This document shows, one piece after another, positions 26,854-37,533 of a stretch of DNA of 61,740 bases. The notes under the pieces were generated by a model. That model ran no database searches and was not told the origin of the DNA. It saw only the letters and a program-made list of their open reading frames with translations. The translations under genes and the position numbers were made by a program. Origin of the DNA: a virus (lineage: Duplodnaviria > Caudoviricetes); IMG/VR virus record IMGVR_UViG_3300029258_001356, positions 1-61,740 of that record; one strand, written 5' to 3'. Position 1 is the first letter of the stretch. Each line of letters begins with the position of its first letter.

Positions 26854-28337
26854 CTCCTTCTTAATTCTCTTTCACTTAATCTTCCGAATTCCTCTGCTTG
26901 TTCTTCTAGTCCTCTAGCAGTATCCATAACTGGATTGACAATATTAATTGTAGGTGAAAAGTTTATAGGTGCTCTTGTTGACTTCATATCTTTCACATCT
27001 GCTGCAGTTAATATATGTTCTCCTGCGTGTGCCATAACTGCACCAGTCTTTCTTATTGGTCCACCTATAGCCATTTCTCTTGGACTATCTTCAGATATCT
27101 TTTTACTTCCTTGGTCTTCTTCATCATCTCCACCTCTTCCAACCAAGCTTCTAAGTGTTGATTTTAACCATCCCCAAACTAATGCCGGGAAGTCATATGT
27201 CCAAGTCCAGATAGACTTAAGTTTATCCCAGATGAAAACTCCAAAGTCTTTAGAGTAGTTCCATAATGATTTCATCTTCTTCCATATCCATTTACCAAAG
27301 TCTTTTGTATAATTCCAAACTGTCTTCAGCTTCTCCCAGAACCATTCTCCAAATCCAGACATCTTTTCTGCAATTCCAGACCAGACTTCTGATAGATAAT
27401 CACCAGTTGTGTCCCACCATTCTCCTACTGTTTCTTTTGTCTTCTCCCAGTATTCTCTTGTCTTTGCTCTTGCTTCCGCTACCTTCTCTTGGTCTTCGCT
27501 CCACCAGGTTGATACAGAATCTTTAATCTTTTCCCACATATTCTTAAGAGCATTCTTTGCTACTGTTCCTCTACTTATCTTTGGATCTTCGTGAAATTCT
27601 TCCCATGTCTTTTCTTCATCTTGTGGCTTTCCTCCGAACCATTCCTTTATTAATTCTGTTAGACTAAAGTCTTCTCCAAAGATTTTATCTTTGATTGTAT
27701 CTCCTAATTTGAACCAGATAGATTCTCCTTCACCAATACCAAAGATTCCAGCTAGTCCTTCTTTGATAGCCTGTACGAATCCTGAGAATGTGAATGTCTT
27801 CATAACATCATATGCAGCTCCAACTTTATCTTTATTCTCTCTCCACCATTTGTAAAACCCTACTGCATTCTTAAGCCATGCTCTAGTATAAGGTCTAAGA
27901 GTATTAGCCAGAATTTCACCAAGAGGTCTCAACCATAACTTAAGACCCTTGTTAAATCTATTCATCTCTGCTTGTAATCTTGGAGTTGCTGCAACTAACT
28001 TATCGAATCCTGCTTTTATGAATCCTACTGCAGCTATTCCACCTGCTACTCCAGCAGCAATTGCAGCTATACCTCCAGCTGCTCCTGCTGCTCCACCTCC
28101 AGCTCCTCCTTTTCCGGCGGCACCGAAAAGTCCACCTAGTCCGCCACCGCCGGATGGAGAGCCTGACCCTCCAGGTGCAGCTCCAGCTAATCCACCACTA
28201 AGATTTATAGTCTTCCCACTTACATTAACGGTATTAGCAGATACAGCTCCTGTACCTGCTCCACCACTACCTTGTAATGCAGCGAGTCCTCTTGAAATCT
28301 TTCCTCGATCAACTGTAACTGTTCCCTTGATTGCCAT
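26841..28337 (-). CDS. Tape measure protein
   Basis: Gly/Ala-rich N-terminus, Trp-periodic repeats, MAIGG...AHAGEHIL C-terminal motif; follows the frameshifted chaperone. Confidence 0.75.
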   Translation of the reverse strand: MAIKGTVTVDRGKISRGLAALQGSGGAGTGAVSANTVNVSGKTINLSGGLAGAAPGGSGSPSGGGGLGGLFGAAGKGGAGGGAAGAAGGIAAIAAGVAGGIAAVGFIKAGFDKLVAATPRLQAEMNRFNKGLKLWLRPLGEILANTLRPYTRAWLKNAVGFYKWWRENKDKVGAAYDVMKTFTFSGFVQAIKEGLAGIFGIGEGESIWFKLGDTIKDKIFGEDFSLTELIKEWFGGKPQDEEKTWEEFHEDPKISRGTVAKNALKNMWEKIKDSVSTWWSEDQEKVAEARAKTREYWEKTKETVGEWWDTTGDYLSEVWSGIAEKMSGFGEWFWEKLKTVWNYTKDFGKWIWKKMKSLWNYSKDFGVFIWDKLKSIWTWTYDFPALVWGWLKSTLRSLVGRGGDDEEDQGSKKISEDSPREMAIGGPIRKTGAVMAHAGEHILTAADVKDMKSTRAPINFSPTINIVNPVMDTARGLEEQAEEFGRLSERELRRRCSY

Positions 28338-28570
28338 TATCTTCCTCCTTTCGCTTTTCTCATAGCTTCCCCAAGCATGTCATGGGTATCTTTGTATTCA
28401 CCTTTTGCCATACTTATATTGAGGAAAAAGTCGTAGTCGTCTGAATCCATATCCTCTACTTGACGGGGGGTGAACCCGAAGTCTGTGGCGAAGAGCCACT
28501 TGATGACTTTGTCTCGGATTCTTGCGTCTCTTGGGAGCTTTTTGGTTCTGACGAACTCTCGGACTTTTTT
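28337..28570 (-). CDS. -1 frameshift extension of tail assembly chaperone (gpGT-like)
   Basis: Slippery A AAA AAG at 28570-28564; the -1 frame KKVREFVR...LFATDFGFTPRQVEDM...GGR stays open to a TAATG junction with the tape measure gene. Confidence 0.85.
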   Translation of the reverse strand, partial: KKVREFVRTKKLPRDARIRDKVIKWLFATDFGFTPRQVEDMDSDDYDFFLNISMAKGEYKDTHDMLGEAMRKAKGGR

Positions 28571-28884
28571 ATATCATCCTCCTGCTGGTCGGGGTTTGGG
28601 ACTATCTCTTTCAATCCATCTACCATAGCATCATAGTCTTCCCATTCTGTTTTTCGCAGGATATCTTTTAGAGGCTTCTCTTTGCCATTAACCATCTCTT
28701 TCGGAAATGGATGACTAACTATTGCATTTGGCAATAGCTCGACAAAGAATTTAGTTAGCTTAAGTCCGTTTGGACCTTCAGCCTCTATTAATGCGTCGTT
28801 TCTTGGACCTGCATCGGGTCTCCTTAAATGTACTTCGCCTCCATTTATTGGAAGCTTCACTTTAGTTTCTTTCTTCACAGTCAT
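28456..28884 (-). CDS. Tail assembly chaperone (gpG-like)
   Basis: Lies between tail tube and tape measure genes; GGAGGTG RBS. Confidence 0.8.
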   Translation of the reverse strand: MTVKKETKVKLPINGGEVHLRRPDAGPRNDALIEAEGPNGLKLTKFFVELLPNAIVSHPFPKEMVNGKEKPLKDILRKTEWEDYDAMVDGLKEIVPNPDQQEDDIKKSESSSEPKSSQETQESETKSSSGSSPQTSGSPPVK

Positions 28885-28934
28885 TTGTACACCTCCCTGG
28901 TGTTTAAATGACGAGACAAATTAATGTCTCAGTC

Positions 28935-29927
28935 TTATGCAACTGTCCACCATTTAAATGGTGTGTTACCCGTGGCAGTCCTTGCGAACCCTGTGAAAGT
29001 AACTTCTACGATACCTCCACCAAGATCAACAGGTTTACTCATACTGTCTATTGCGTTATCATCCAATAGAACTTGACCATACCTACTTCCGGAAATAGAG
29101 TCACTTCCAAAGTTCAGTTCCAATCCATATTCTGTTGGGCTTGGAGCTGCTGCAGAGTTGTATGGTTCATCAGCTTGACCATAGAAATGATCTCTGAGTG
29201 TTGTTGCAACTGTGTCCGTCATCTTCAAGACTAATGTCCAGTTGTATCTTCTTACTCCAGTCTCAGGCTTTTCAATTGTTCTATCTCCGAGTGATCTGTA
29301 TATAAACAGATTCTGAGCTGCTGCTAGTGCAAAGGATTGAACCTGCCCTACAACAGCTGAATTCCATTTAAACTCACCCTGGAAGAATACCCAAGGAGCA
29401 AGAGAGCTTCCTGCTATATCGTGTCCTGTTTGAGAAGACGTGACAATCTTAGCAACTATATCATTAGAGCATTTAAGTATGTCACCTACGGCTCCAGTAA
29501 GTCCCACTGTGTTTATGCAGCAACCTTTATATAAGTCATAGTCATCAGTTCCGCTTCCATCATTTGCGGAAACTCCTAATGCGAATGATGCTATATCGCT
29601 TGCACCATAACCTATATTGTCTGCTTCAGTCAATACATATGGGTCTCCTGCTGTGCCTGCACCACTCTGTGGTCCTACAAAGAATTGCAGAAACGAGAAG
29701 TCTCCTACTTCCCACTCCATTGACAGTCCGCAATCAAATGGACCCCACAGTGTTGTGGTCTGGTTTCTTCCTTCGCCTAGTCCTTGTTCTCTGAAGAAGT
29801 TATTCGACAGAGTAGGATTAATGCTTAGGACTTTTCCTCCTATCGCTGTGTCTGGTGTGCCTCCACTTGCGTATGAAGTTTCGACAACGTATGCTGGCTT
29901 TGTTAAAAAGCCTTTGTATGTTGGCAT
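28935..29927 (-). CDS. Major tail tube protein
   Basis: VETSYA...YKGCCIN...FFQG motif pattern and gene order; no sheath gene seen. Confidence 0.75.
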   Translation of the reverse strand: MPTYKGFLTKPAYVVETSYASGGTPDTAIGGKVLSINPTLSNNFFREQGLGEGRNQTTTLWGPFDCGLSMEWEVGDFSFLQFFVGPQSGAGTAGDPYVLTEADNIGYGASDIASFALGVSANDGSGTDDYDLYKGCCINTVGLTGAVGDILKCSNDIVAKIVTSSQTGHDIAGSSLAPWVFFQGEFKWNSAVVGQVQSFALAAAQNLFIYRSLGDRTIEKPETGVRRYNWTLVLKMTDTVATTLRDHFYGQADEPYNSAAAPSPTEYGLELNFGSDSISGSRYGQVLLDDNAIDSMSKPVDLGGGIVEVTFTGFARTATGNTPFKWWTVA

Positions 29928-29942
29928 TTTTCATTGACCTCC

Positions 29943-30599
29943 CTAGTCTTTGAATATGTGTATCCATTCGGATCTTATCGTGAACTGTTGTTTGTATAAC
30001 TTCAGCTCAGGATCGTAATCGAAATTAGTTAAGTCTGCTGCTTGAATCATTCTAAGATGATATATCCTTTCATGTCTCATACCGCTGACTATATTCCATG
30101 CTTGATTGACAATTGACTTGACCTGCCCTGCGTATTCTCCTCTTACCTCAAACCTATGGACAAGAAGTAATACACTTGCCTTCTTCCCGCTTCCATGGTC
30201 TTCTCCAAGCCCAAGGAATTCTTCATTGGCGGTTATCTGCATAAGTATACACCGTGGCATACCTGAGTCTTGTCTTGCTACTTCCATGGCTATGAATGTT
30301 GTACCGTAATGATAGTCTACTTCTATGCTACCAGTAGGTGCTACGAGGAATGTAACTGTAGTTGTCCCTGTCCCTTCCCCGTATGTCACGAGATAATCAT
30401 AACCCCTATAATAAGTGGTGGCACCTACCCTTACCTCACTAACATTCTTAACTAAAGTATTCGTCAAGACAAAATTAGTCTCTATTCCATCTCCTGTGAA
30501 CGTATCTGTTGTATCAGTTCCTCTAGCCTCTGGGTCTGTTAGATTGTTCCTCATGTGAATGAGTATATCCCACTCCCTATCGTATACTCCGTCTGTCAT
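29943..30599 (-). CDS. Tail terminator-like protein with Ig-like insertion
   Basis: Gene order; FTGDG.ETNF...YDY.V...TFLVAP insertion. Confidence 0.55.
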   Translation of the reverse strand: MTDGVYDREWDILIHMRNNLTDPEARGTDTTDTFTGDGIETNFVLTNTLVKNVSEVRVGATTYYRGYDYLVTYGEGTGTTTVTFLVAPTGSIEVDYHYGTTFIAMEVARQDSGMPRCILMQITANEEFLGLGEDHGSGKKASVLLLVHRFEVRGEYAGQVKSIVNQAWNIVSGMRHERIYHLRMIQAADLTNFDYDPELKLYKQQFTIRSEWIHIFKD

Positions 30600-31126
30600 G
30601 CTGCACCTCCTATGCCATAGCTAGATAATACGTCTCTTATTATTCTGTTCTTTTGTGCAAGAGTATCTTCTACGGCTTTGGTGAAGAAGAACGTTGGCTT
30701 CATACCTCGACTTTTCTGTGTGAAGACAAACCCATCTTTCTTGAATGATTTGTTTCCAGGTATTGGACCTTGCCCGGATGATCCTCCGCCGAAGCCTGGT
30801 CTAAATCTCATGTATCCTGGTTCTCCTTTCTTTGTCTTATGATTGGCTGTTATGAACTGTCTCCTCTCTCCGTATATTCCTGTTCCGAAGTTAAGGAAGA
30901 CGGCTATATCCATTCCGTTCTCTGCGGTATCACTGTCAACAGAAACTGAAATCTCTCCGTTCTCTATATTAGTTACATCTGTAGTGAATCTAACTGATAT
31001 ACCTGTTCCCATAACCTTATGCTCTCTTAGATTCTCAACTGCACGTCTTTCTATTTCCATAGCTATAGTCATGAGTATCTCCTTAACAAGTTCTCCAGTT
31101 AATTCGTCTATTAGTTCCTGAGTCAT
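30596..31126 (-). CDS. HK97 gp10-like tail completion protein
   Basis: AVFLNFGTGIY...GMKPTFFFTKA. Confidence 0.7.
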   Translation of the reverse strand: MTQELIDELTGELVKEILMTIAMEIERRAVENLREHKVMGTGISVRFTTDVTNIENGEISVSVDSDTAENGMDIAVFLNFGTGIYGERRQFITANHKTKKGEPGYMRFRPGFGGGSSGQGPIPGNKSFKKDGFVFTQKSRGMKPTFFFTKAVEDTLAQKNRIIRDVLSSYGIGGAA

Positions 31127-31497
31127 TAGTTAACCTTCTTTCGTGCGAAGAATACCTTATGGGTATCTCCTCCTTCGATATCAGGAGAAGCTTCAATCTC
31201 TGTTACTCTGTATTCTTCTCCTCTGTATGTTACCTTAGCGTCAACAACTATTGTTGTCGTATACGGTGCTAGTATTCTAAGGTCTTCTGTAGACAATAAA
31301 CCAGCTTGAACAACATCGTCTCTTAATCTTAGTCTTCTGCACCAAACTGATTCTGTTACTGCATCAGACCAAGTTATTCCTGTAACTTGTCCTGCAGCAT
31401 CTTTCTCGTATGTTGGAAGACTTACCTGTATAGTGGAACTCACAACATTAAATATAGTGTTAATGTCTGCTCTCATCCCATCTAATAAAGCTCCCAT
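31126..31497 (-). CDS. Head-closure (stopper) protein
   Basis: Size, gene order, YRGEEYRVTEI motif. Confidence 0.65.
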   Translation of the reverse strand: MGALLDGMRADINTIFNVVSSTIQVSLPTYEKDAAGQVTGITWSDAVTESVWCRRLRLRDDVVQAGLLSTEDLRILAPYTTTIVVDAKVTYRGEEYRVTEIEASPDIEGGDTHKVFFARKKVN

Positions 31498-32219
31498 TAT
31501 ACGTATGGCCTCCTTCTCTTGTAACTTGGATATGCTGCTGCCTGATAGTCATATCCGTCTGATGTCCCATGGAATGTATCAACAATGTCTTGTCTTGTTT
31601 GGCTTTCTACATTCCTGAGTGGCTTTGTTATTACTCCTTCTGTTTGGAACTTATGTAATAGTTCTTTGTACTTAGCCTTGAATGCTCTTGACTCTTGCTG
31701 AAGTTCGCTGTATGGCTTCTGGAAGGATACTCCTTCGATATTAAATGAGATGTATCCCTGAACTAAAGCCTTGTGAGCAAGTGCTCTCATGACATATGAC
31801 GATGCTAAGTTATTTGTCAACAACCACAGGAAGTCTGTATCTGTAGCATCTGTGTCTTGTGTTATCTCTATATGAGCTGCCCTTATCCATGTGAGGATTT
31901 CTCCTACAGTAGGTCTATTAGTTTCATCTATTGTCGTCAATTGAGCAAAGTGATAAATGTCCGATGGAGTAGCATAATACGGATACACACCGCCTTGCAT
32001 AGGATCGCTTGGGTCAGAGTCTTTTCCAGTCTCAGTATTCTTGAATCTTATCTTATACCAATAGTCATCACTTCCGTCTTCATCAAACCATTCCGTGAAA
32101 GCTATTCCTAATGTCTTAGCATCACTGTATACTCCCGTCTCAGAAGTAGCTCTCATAATGACAACATTGGTCCAAGACGAATTTTCTTCTGGCTTTTGCC
32201 ATCTTACCATTACTCCCAT
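31497..32219 (-). CDS. Head-tail adaptor with N-terminal Fn3-like domain
   Basis: VRW..P...YWYKIRF...SDPS then YATPSDI adaptor start. Confidence 0.6.
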   Translation of the reverse strand: MGVMVRWQKPEENSSWTNVVIMRATSETGVYSDAKTLGIAFTEWFDEDGSDDYWYKIRFKNTETGKDSDPSDPMQGGVYPYYATPSDIYHFAQLTTIDETNRPTVGEILTWIRAAHIEITQDTDATDTDFLWLLTNNLASSYVMRALAHKALVQGYISFNIEGVSFQKPYSELQQESRAFKAKYKELLHKFQTEGVITKPLRNVESQTRQDIVDTFHGTSDGYDYQAAAYPSYKRRRPYV

Positions 32220-32230
32220 TTTTATTCACC

Positions 32231-33256
32231 TCATGTAATTGTAGTTGTGAGAAGTGTTGGCTTCTCATCTATTGTATTGTTCATTGTAGCTCCTGCTGGA
32301 GATGGAGCCTGAACAGTGAACTTAACTCCTCTGTCTGAGTAAGTTTTTATCTCTGCGTCTACCTTGACTGTTCTATCTGAATACCCATTTTGTTCTGCTT
32401 CAAACTTAACAGTCCTTTCCGAGAACCCGAATACCTCTGCTTCGAACTTTAGTTCTCTATGATCATCATCTGGTTGTTCTGCTTCAAACTTAACTCCTCT
32501 GTTTGAATAATCAACTCTTTCTGCTGTAAACTTAACAAGTCTGTCTCTATATCGTTCGAGATATGCATCAAATTTAACTCCTCTTCCTGAATGTGCAACT
32601 ATCTCTGCTTCTGTTTTAACAGACCTGTCACTGAATGATTTTATCTCAGCTTCAAACTTAATTGGTTTATCATCGAGATGTTCTACTTCAGCTAGGAAGA
32701 TAATACCCCTATTAGTTACACCATTCTGTTCTGCTTCAAATTTAAGATCTCTACCAGAAGTTGTTAATATCTCTGCATCAAAGATAACAGACCTATCTGT
32801 GTATCCAGTCTGCCTAGCCTCAAATTTTAATCCTCTATCTGAAAAGTCTATCTGCTCTGCTTCAAACTTAACTGGTCTATCTATATCTTCTGGCTGTTCT
32901 GCTATGAATTTTAAATTTCTATCTGAATGACCAAAAACTTCTGGCTCTATCTTAACAGACCTATCACTGAATCCTCTTGCTGCTGCATTAAATTTAACTC
33001 CTCTGTCAGAGACTCCGAATACTTCAGCTTCAACTTTAATTGTTCTGTCACTATGTCCAAAAACTTCAGCTTGTGTAATCACTAGTCTTCCATCGTCAAC
33101 AACTATTGCTGCTGTGAATTTAACTCCTCTTCCCGATGTTCCACTTGTAGATAATGGCTGTTCAGATCCTTGAGATGATTCTGTCCCAATGAATTTTTGG
33201 TACTCATCTTCAGAAGATCTTTGTCCTTCATTAAATGTATTATTAAATGTAGCCAT
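32231..33256 (-). CDS. Fibre-shaft-like protein with ~20 x 14-aa repeats
   Basis: Repeating G-x-S-D-R-x-V-K-F-E-A-E-x-x. Confidence 0.7.
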   Translation of the reverse strand: MATFNNTFNEGQRSSEDEYQKFIGTESSQGSEQPLSTSGTSGRGVKFTAAIVVDDGRLVITQAEVFGHSDRTIKVEAEVFGVSDRGVKFNAAARGFSDRSVKIEPEVFGHSDRNLKFIAEQPEDIDRPVKFEAEQIDFSDRGLKFEARQTGYTDRSVIFDAEILTTSGRDLKFEAEQNGVTNRGIIFLAEVEHLDDKPIKFEAEIKSFSDRSVKTEAEIVAHSGRGVKFDAYLERYRDRLVKFTAERVDYSNRGVKFEAEQPDDDHRELKFEAEVFGFSERTVKFEAEQNGYSDRTVKVDAEIKTYSDRGVKFTVQAPSPAGATMNNTIDEKPTLLTTTIT

Positions 33257-36200
33257 CGGATACTCCTATTCTAAATTTGTACATTGAAGTTTTTGTATTA
33301 TAATTATCTCCAGATGTTCCTGAAAGTAATGGATTACCTGCGCTCCAGTTTGCAGAAGCTGGTTCTATTCTTCCTTGATCGAGATTATTCTCATCTTCTT
33401 CATTAACAAGTTGTGAAACATATTGATTTCCACTATTGCTTCTTCCTCCAACAAATCCTCTAGAGTCTGTGTAATATGTATTACTTGATACCTCTGCAGT
33501 ACTTTCTCCATGCCACGAATAGTGTTGTCCAGAATCTCCTGCTAAACTTCCTGAGCCTAAAAACGCAATCCTATGTTCATTTGTTGTAACAAGTTTATAC
33601 TCTCCGTCTATGAATGAATTTCCTCCATAAAGATTATGCCACATACTATGGCTTCCATTATCATGCCTTACACCAAGCATGATTGCCCCAGAATCAACTT
33701 TTAATCCTTGAAGTCCTGATACTGCGGCATTTGAAGAAAAGTATGTCGTTCCTGAATCTGCAACATTCCACAACATAGATCCTGCAAGATAGTTAAGCCA
33801 ATCACTCCCCCCCTTAAAGAAATAACCCTCTACTGCTCCTCCGTCTCCTAAAACTGCTTTATGAATTGGAGTCTCGACAGTAAGCTGTGTTGCTCCAGTG
33901 CTCCAAGTTAATTCATATGGACAATTGTATTTCGCAGGAGTTGTTAAACTTCCATAGTATAATTCGTATGTATTATCAAATCCCATTGGTCTTCTTACAA
34001 CGTTACTTATTCTAATCTCATCTATTAGCCCCCTAAAGTATTGAGTACTTGAATTCTCGTTGTTGTTACCAATCCAAAGGTATGTAGAAGCAGGGTCAGG
34101 TATTCCTACACCTGCCGATTCTTTATCCATCAAAACACCATTAACGTGAAGTTCATAGATATAGTTACCATCTGCTCCCTTGTGCCAGTTGAACGTAGCA
34201 AAATACCACGTATCTATTGCCAAGAATCCGCTTGGGGTTTCAACCGTTTTATTGCTACTGTTATAAATATTAACTTGTAAAATCCCACCAGTCACGTACA
34301 TACGAATAGCCTTGATTGCAGGAGATAATTCTCTTATAGAATAAATCCACTGTTCGGCGGTTATGTTGCTTCCTGTTTGGAATACTGCTTCAACACTTCC
34401 TTGCTCTTGTGACGAATTAAATATATTAAGGCTAGAAGCTGTCGCATAGTCTCCTGCTCCGAAACTTGCTGAGTAGCTTCCTACCCTACTTGTTCCACTA
34501 AAGCTTCCTCCATTATTTGTCAAGTCATATCCGTTGTCACTATCATCTGTCCAGTCGTTCTCAAACTTCCAAAGAGCTTGTGTGAATTCATCATTCTCCA
34601 TAGTTAAGACCTTCTGGTATGTGTTCTCTCCTAAGAACATTAATCCTGTAGGCTTATCGTCTCCGTCATAAACTCTAATCTCGTCCCAATAACTTGTTCC
34701 AAATTTCCCTGTATCTCCATCAAGTATATCAAAATTTGTCAAAGAAGACACACCACTAAATGTTCTTACAAGTGTTCCATCTATGTATCCTTTTGTATCT
34801 GTGCCATCACAAACAAACTTAAACTCGTGCCAGCCGTCTGTCCTTGCTACACTTGTTGCTACCCAACCGCCATCATAATAACAATAATTGTCTCCGTCTG
34901 TTCCTGTATCTACACCGAGTCCTTTACTTTGAGTAGATACCCAAGCTGAAGCATACTTACTTGAAGCGTCGTCGTCGTAAAACTTTAAAACAACTTTGTT
35001 ACTTGATACTGTTTTTCTTGCTGATTGTTGTGCTGATGGTGTTGTACTGTCTAACTTTATACTCTTTGTTCCAGAATAACAAGTGTCATTATTATAAACT
35101 CTATAAGTATTACTTCCTGCTACTGATGTCCATCCGTTCTTTCCAATTATAGTGATGTCATTTATTTCACCTTCTGCATTATCAAAAAATTCTGCATCTT
35201 GATAAACAAGCTGACTTGGTATCTCTTCTTGTGCTATTGGCAACATTCCATTAACATCATCACAAACTCTAACTGTCCAATAAGTATCAGTTCCAGGCAA
35301 TATTGCACCTGCATAATAAAATCTTAATTCATTAAAAGTTGGATATGAACCCATACTTTCTTTATACACAAACTTATTATCTAAATAAACATACATCGAT
35401 GTCCCAGTATGAACATACTTAATTGTGTGCATCCCTTTAGTTCTTTTAATTCCAGTATCAGTCCAACTTCCACTACTTGTTCTATAACAATAATTAAGTA
35501 TTGATGTTCTGCCTTGAATTCCTAGTCGCGCAATAGCTGTCCCACTACTTGCTACATACAAATAATAAAACTGTTCTGTTGAAGCAAGGTTTGCATAATC
35601 GTAAAACTTATATTCTACTGTTCCTGTTTGTCCTGTGAAACTATTTACCATAGCAATACCATTTGTGTTGGTTGTTGCCATCTTAACATATTTATGAATT
35701 TCATTTCCTTTATCAGAACTATAAGCTGGTGTGCCGTTTGCATATAGCACATAACTCCAACCTCTTGTTGACAAAGCTGTAGAATCAGCGACGTCTTTAC
35801 TCCCTTCCATCAAATCATAATCGCCTTCAGTCCAGCTTGACCCGTATCCTACAATCCTACAGTCGTATCCATCGTCTCTCTGGTTACTGCTTATCTTTTC
35901 CTGCGGAGCATATAACCCATTACTTACTTTAATGTCGTCTATATACATAGTATCTCCATTATATCCTAAGAAGAATAAAGTGTCCCAAGAAGAACCTGTA
36001 GCTGTAGCACTTCCCACGTATTTTCCGTCTATGTAATATTCCCAAGACGTTCCTCCTAACCATTTAAACTCAAACAACCTCCAGCCGTATTTTCTTTTCA
36101 TACCAGTTGTCTGCCAACCACTGTTATAATACACATAATGAGTCACACTTGTTGAGTTCTTAATCCCAAGCAACACATTAATCTGGCTTGAACCTGTTCT

Positions 36201-37166
36201 TACATCAGCTAATTTGTATTCACTGTCGGTAGGATTCTCGTCAAAGAACCACATTTTAATGCAACCCCTTGCACTTGGTTGCGTAAATGAATCACTCTTG
36301 ATTACATACGGACTTGTGGAAGGTACAACTTTTAAAGATTGTGTTCCATTCTTACTATAATCTGTACTGTATGAAAAACTACCACTACCGCTTTCAAAGT
36401 TCCAGTTATCACTTGCACTACCTGTTTCGCAGTCATCATAAAATTGATAATCTCCGCTCGTCGTACTATCATCCGTCAGTGGCACAGTTATAGGATAATT
36501 ATTAAACCTTAATGGAAAGAAACTTCTTTTAGCTTTTCTATAAACCTTACACTCATCCAGAACACCATCAAAGTTATTAGAATTTCCACCGTCTTGTCCT
36601 ATCCTTATATTAGTTGAAACAGCCCTTATAGTGCCAACCTGAGAAAGTTTATTTTGCTCTACCCCATTAACAAAGATTCTCACATACTTGCCGTCATATG
36701 TTCCTGCAACGTGTGACCAAACACCCACTGGCAAAGCTACAGAACTTGTCGCTGTCCTTTGAGTAGATGTTCCATCCCAAATACTAAAGTAAGGCTGTCC
36801 GCTTCCATTAATAGCCAATCTATACGAACTTCCCTTTTCAATTAAATATCCAGAAGCTACATCTGGCTTACACCAGCATTCCAATGTAATGAAATCTCTT
36901 GGCTGTAATACTGTATCATTTGATACAACTATTTTATGTGTCGATCCTGAGAATTCTCTACCGTTATTTATTTTTCCTGTGACTATACTTGTTCCCGTTA
37001 CCCCACACGTATGACTGTATATTGAACTATCTGTAGGAGTTCCTGATGGTTCATCAAGTTTAAGATAGAGAACTAAATTTTCATCTATATCATAATCTTG
37101 TTGTTCTCCAGCATTAGGATAGTCGAATCCTATACTTCTCTTATAATTTGCACTAGGAAGACTCAT
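33243..37166 (-). CDS. Large multi-LamG/concanavalin-like adhesin (1307 aa)
   Basis: LVLYLKLDE...WSHVAGTYDG...FVNG...FDGVLDE and ALWKFE...FRGLIDEIRISN LamG domains, plus internal GW(H/R)xF repeats. Confidence 0.8.
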   Translation of the reverse strand: MSLPSANYKRSIGFDYPNAGEQQDYDIDENLVLYLKLDEPSGTPTDSSIYSHTCGVTGTSIVTGKINNGREFSGSTHKIVVSNDTVLQPRDFITLECWCKPDVASGYLIEKGSSYRLAINGSGQPYFSIWDGTSTQRTATSSVALPVGVWSHVAGTYDGKYVRIFVNGVEQNKLSQVGTIRAVSTNIRIGQDGGNSNNFDGVLDECKVYRKAKRSFFPLRFNNYPITVPLTDDSTTSGDYQFYDDCETGSASDNWNFESGSGSFSYSTDYSKNGTQSLKVVPSTSPYVIKSDSFTQPSARGCIKMWFFDENPTDSEYKLADVRTGSSQINVLLGIKNSTSVTHYVYYNSGWQTTGMKRKYGWRLFEFKWLGGTSWEYYIDGKYVGSATATGSSWDTLFFLGYNGDTMYIDDIKVSNGLYAPQEKISSNQRDDGYDCRIVGYGSSWTEGDYDLMEGSKDVADSTALSTRGWSYVLYANGTPAYSSDKGNEIHKYVKMATTNTNGIAMVNSFTGQTGTVEYKFYDYANLASTEQFYYLYVASSGTAIARLGIQGRTSILNYCYRTSSGSWTDTGIKRTKGMHTIKYVHTGTSMYVYLDNKFVYKESMGSYPTFNELRFYYAGAILPGTDTYWTVRVCDDVNGMLPIAQEEIPSQLVYQDAEFFDNAEGEINDITIIGKNGWTSVAGSNTYRVYNNDTCYSGTKSIKLDSTTPSAQQSARKTVSSNKVVLKFYDDDASSKYASAWVSTQSKGLGVDTGTDGDNYCYYDGGWVATSVARTDGWHEFKFVCDGTDTKGYIDGTLVRTFSGVSSLTNFDILDGDTGKFGTSYWDEIRVYDGDDKPTGLMFLGENTYQKVLTMENDEFTQALWKFENDWTDDSDNGYDLTNNGGSFSGTSRVGSYSASFGAGDYATASSLNIFNSSQEQGSVEAVFQTGSNITAEQWIYSIRELSPAIKAIRMYVTGGILQVNIYNSSNKTVETPSGFLAIDTWYFATFNWHKGADGNYIYELHVNGVLMDKESAGVGIPDPASTYLWIGNNNENSSTQYFRGLIDEIRISNVVRRPMGFDNTYELYYGSLTTPAKYNCPYELTWSTGATQLTVETPIHKAVLGDGGAVEGYFFKGGSDWLNYLAGSMLWNVADSGTTYFSSNAAVSGLQGLKVDSGAIMLGVRHDNGSHSMWHNLYGGNSFIDGEYKLVTTNEHRIAFLGSGSLAGDSGQHYSWHGESTAEVSSNTYYTDSRGFVGGRSNSGNQYVSQLVNEEDENNLDQGRIEPASANWSAGNPLLSGTSGDNYNTKTSMYKFRIGVSDGYI

Positions 37167-37533
37167 GCTTAACCTCCAGATTTATTCCATGCAACTTCAT
37201 GTTCATCTTCATTCTTTTTATATTATCAACAAAAACCTTGCTATCTCCTGTCTTTTCTTTTATCTCTAGAATGATACAGTCTCCGTCGTTGTTAACGACA
37301 GCACCGATCTGTCTTGCAACTAATGGATCGTCGTATTGAGTAGCACCCATGAATGTTATTCCAATCTTTTGTTGAAATACTCCTCTAGTTCCTGCCGGAA
37401 TCCCTAGAGTATGAGTAATGCCTTTATGACTAAGTTGAAGAGAAGTAATACCAGATTTAGGTATATCTTTCCAGTCTAATCCTTGTGATTCTGCTAATGT
37501 TTTTCCGTCTTGGTAGTGAGCTATCCATCCCAT
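37153..37533 (-). CDS. Hypothetical protein
   Basis: AGGAGG RBS; MGWIAHYQDG start. Confidence 0.65.
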   Translation of the reverse strand: MGWIAHYQDGKTLAESQGLDWKDIPKSGITSLQLSHKGITHTLGIPAGTRGVFQQKIGITFMGATQYDDPLVARQIGAVVNNDGDCIILEIKEKTGDSKVFVDNIKRMKMNMKLHGINLEVKHESS

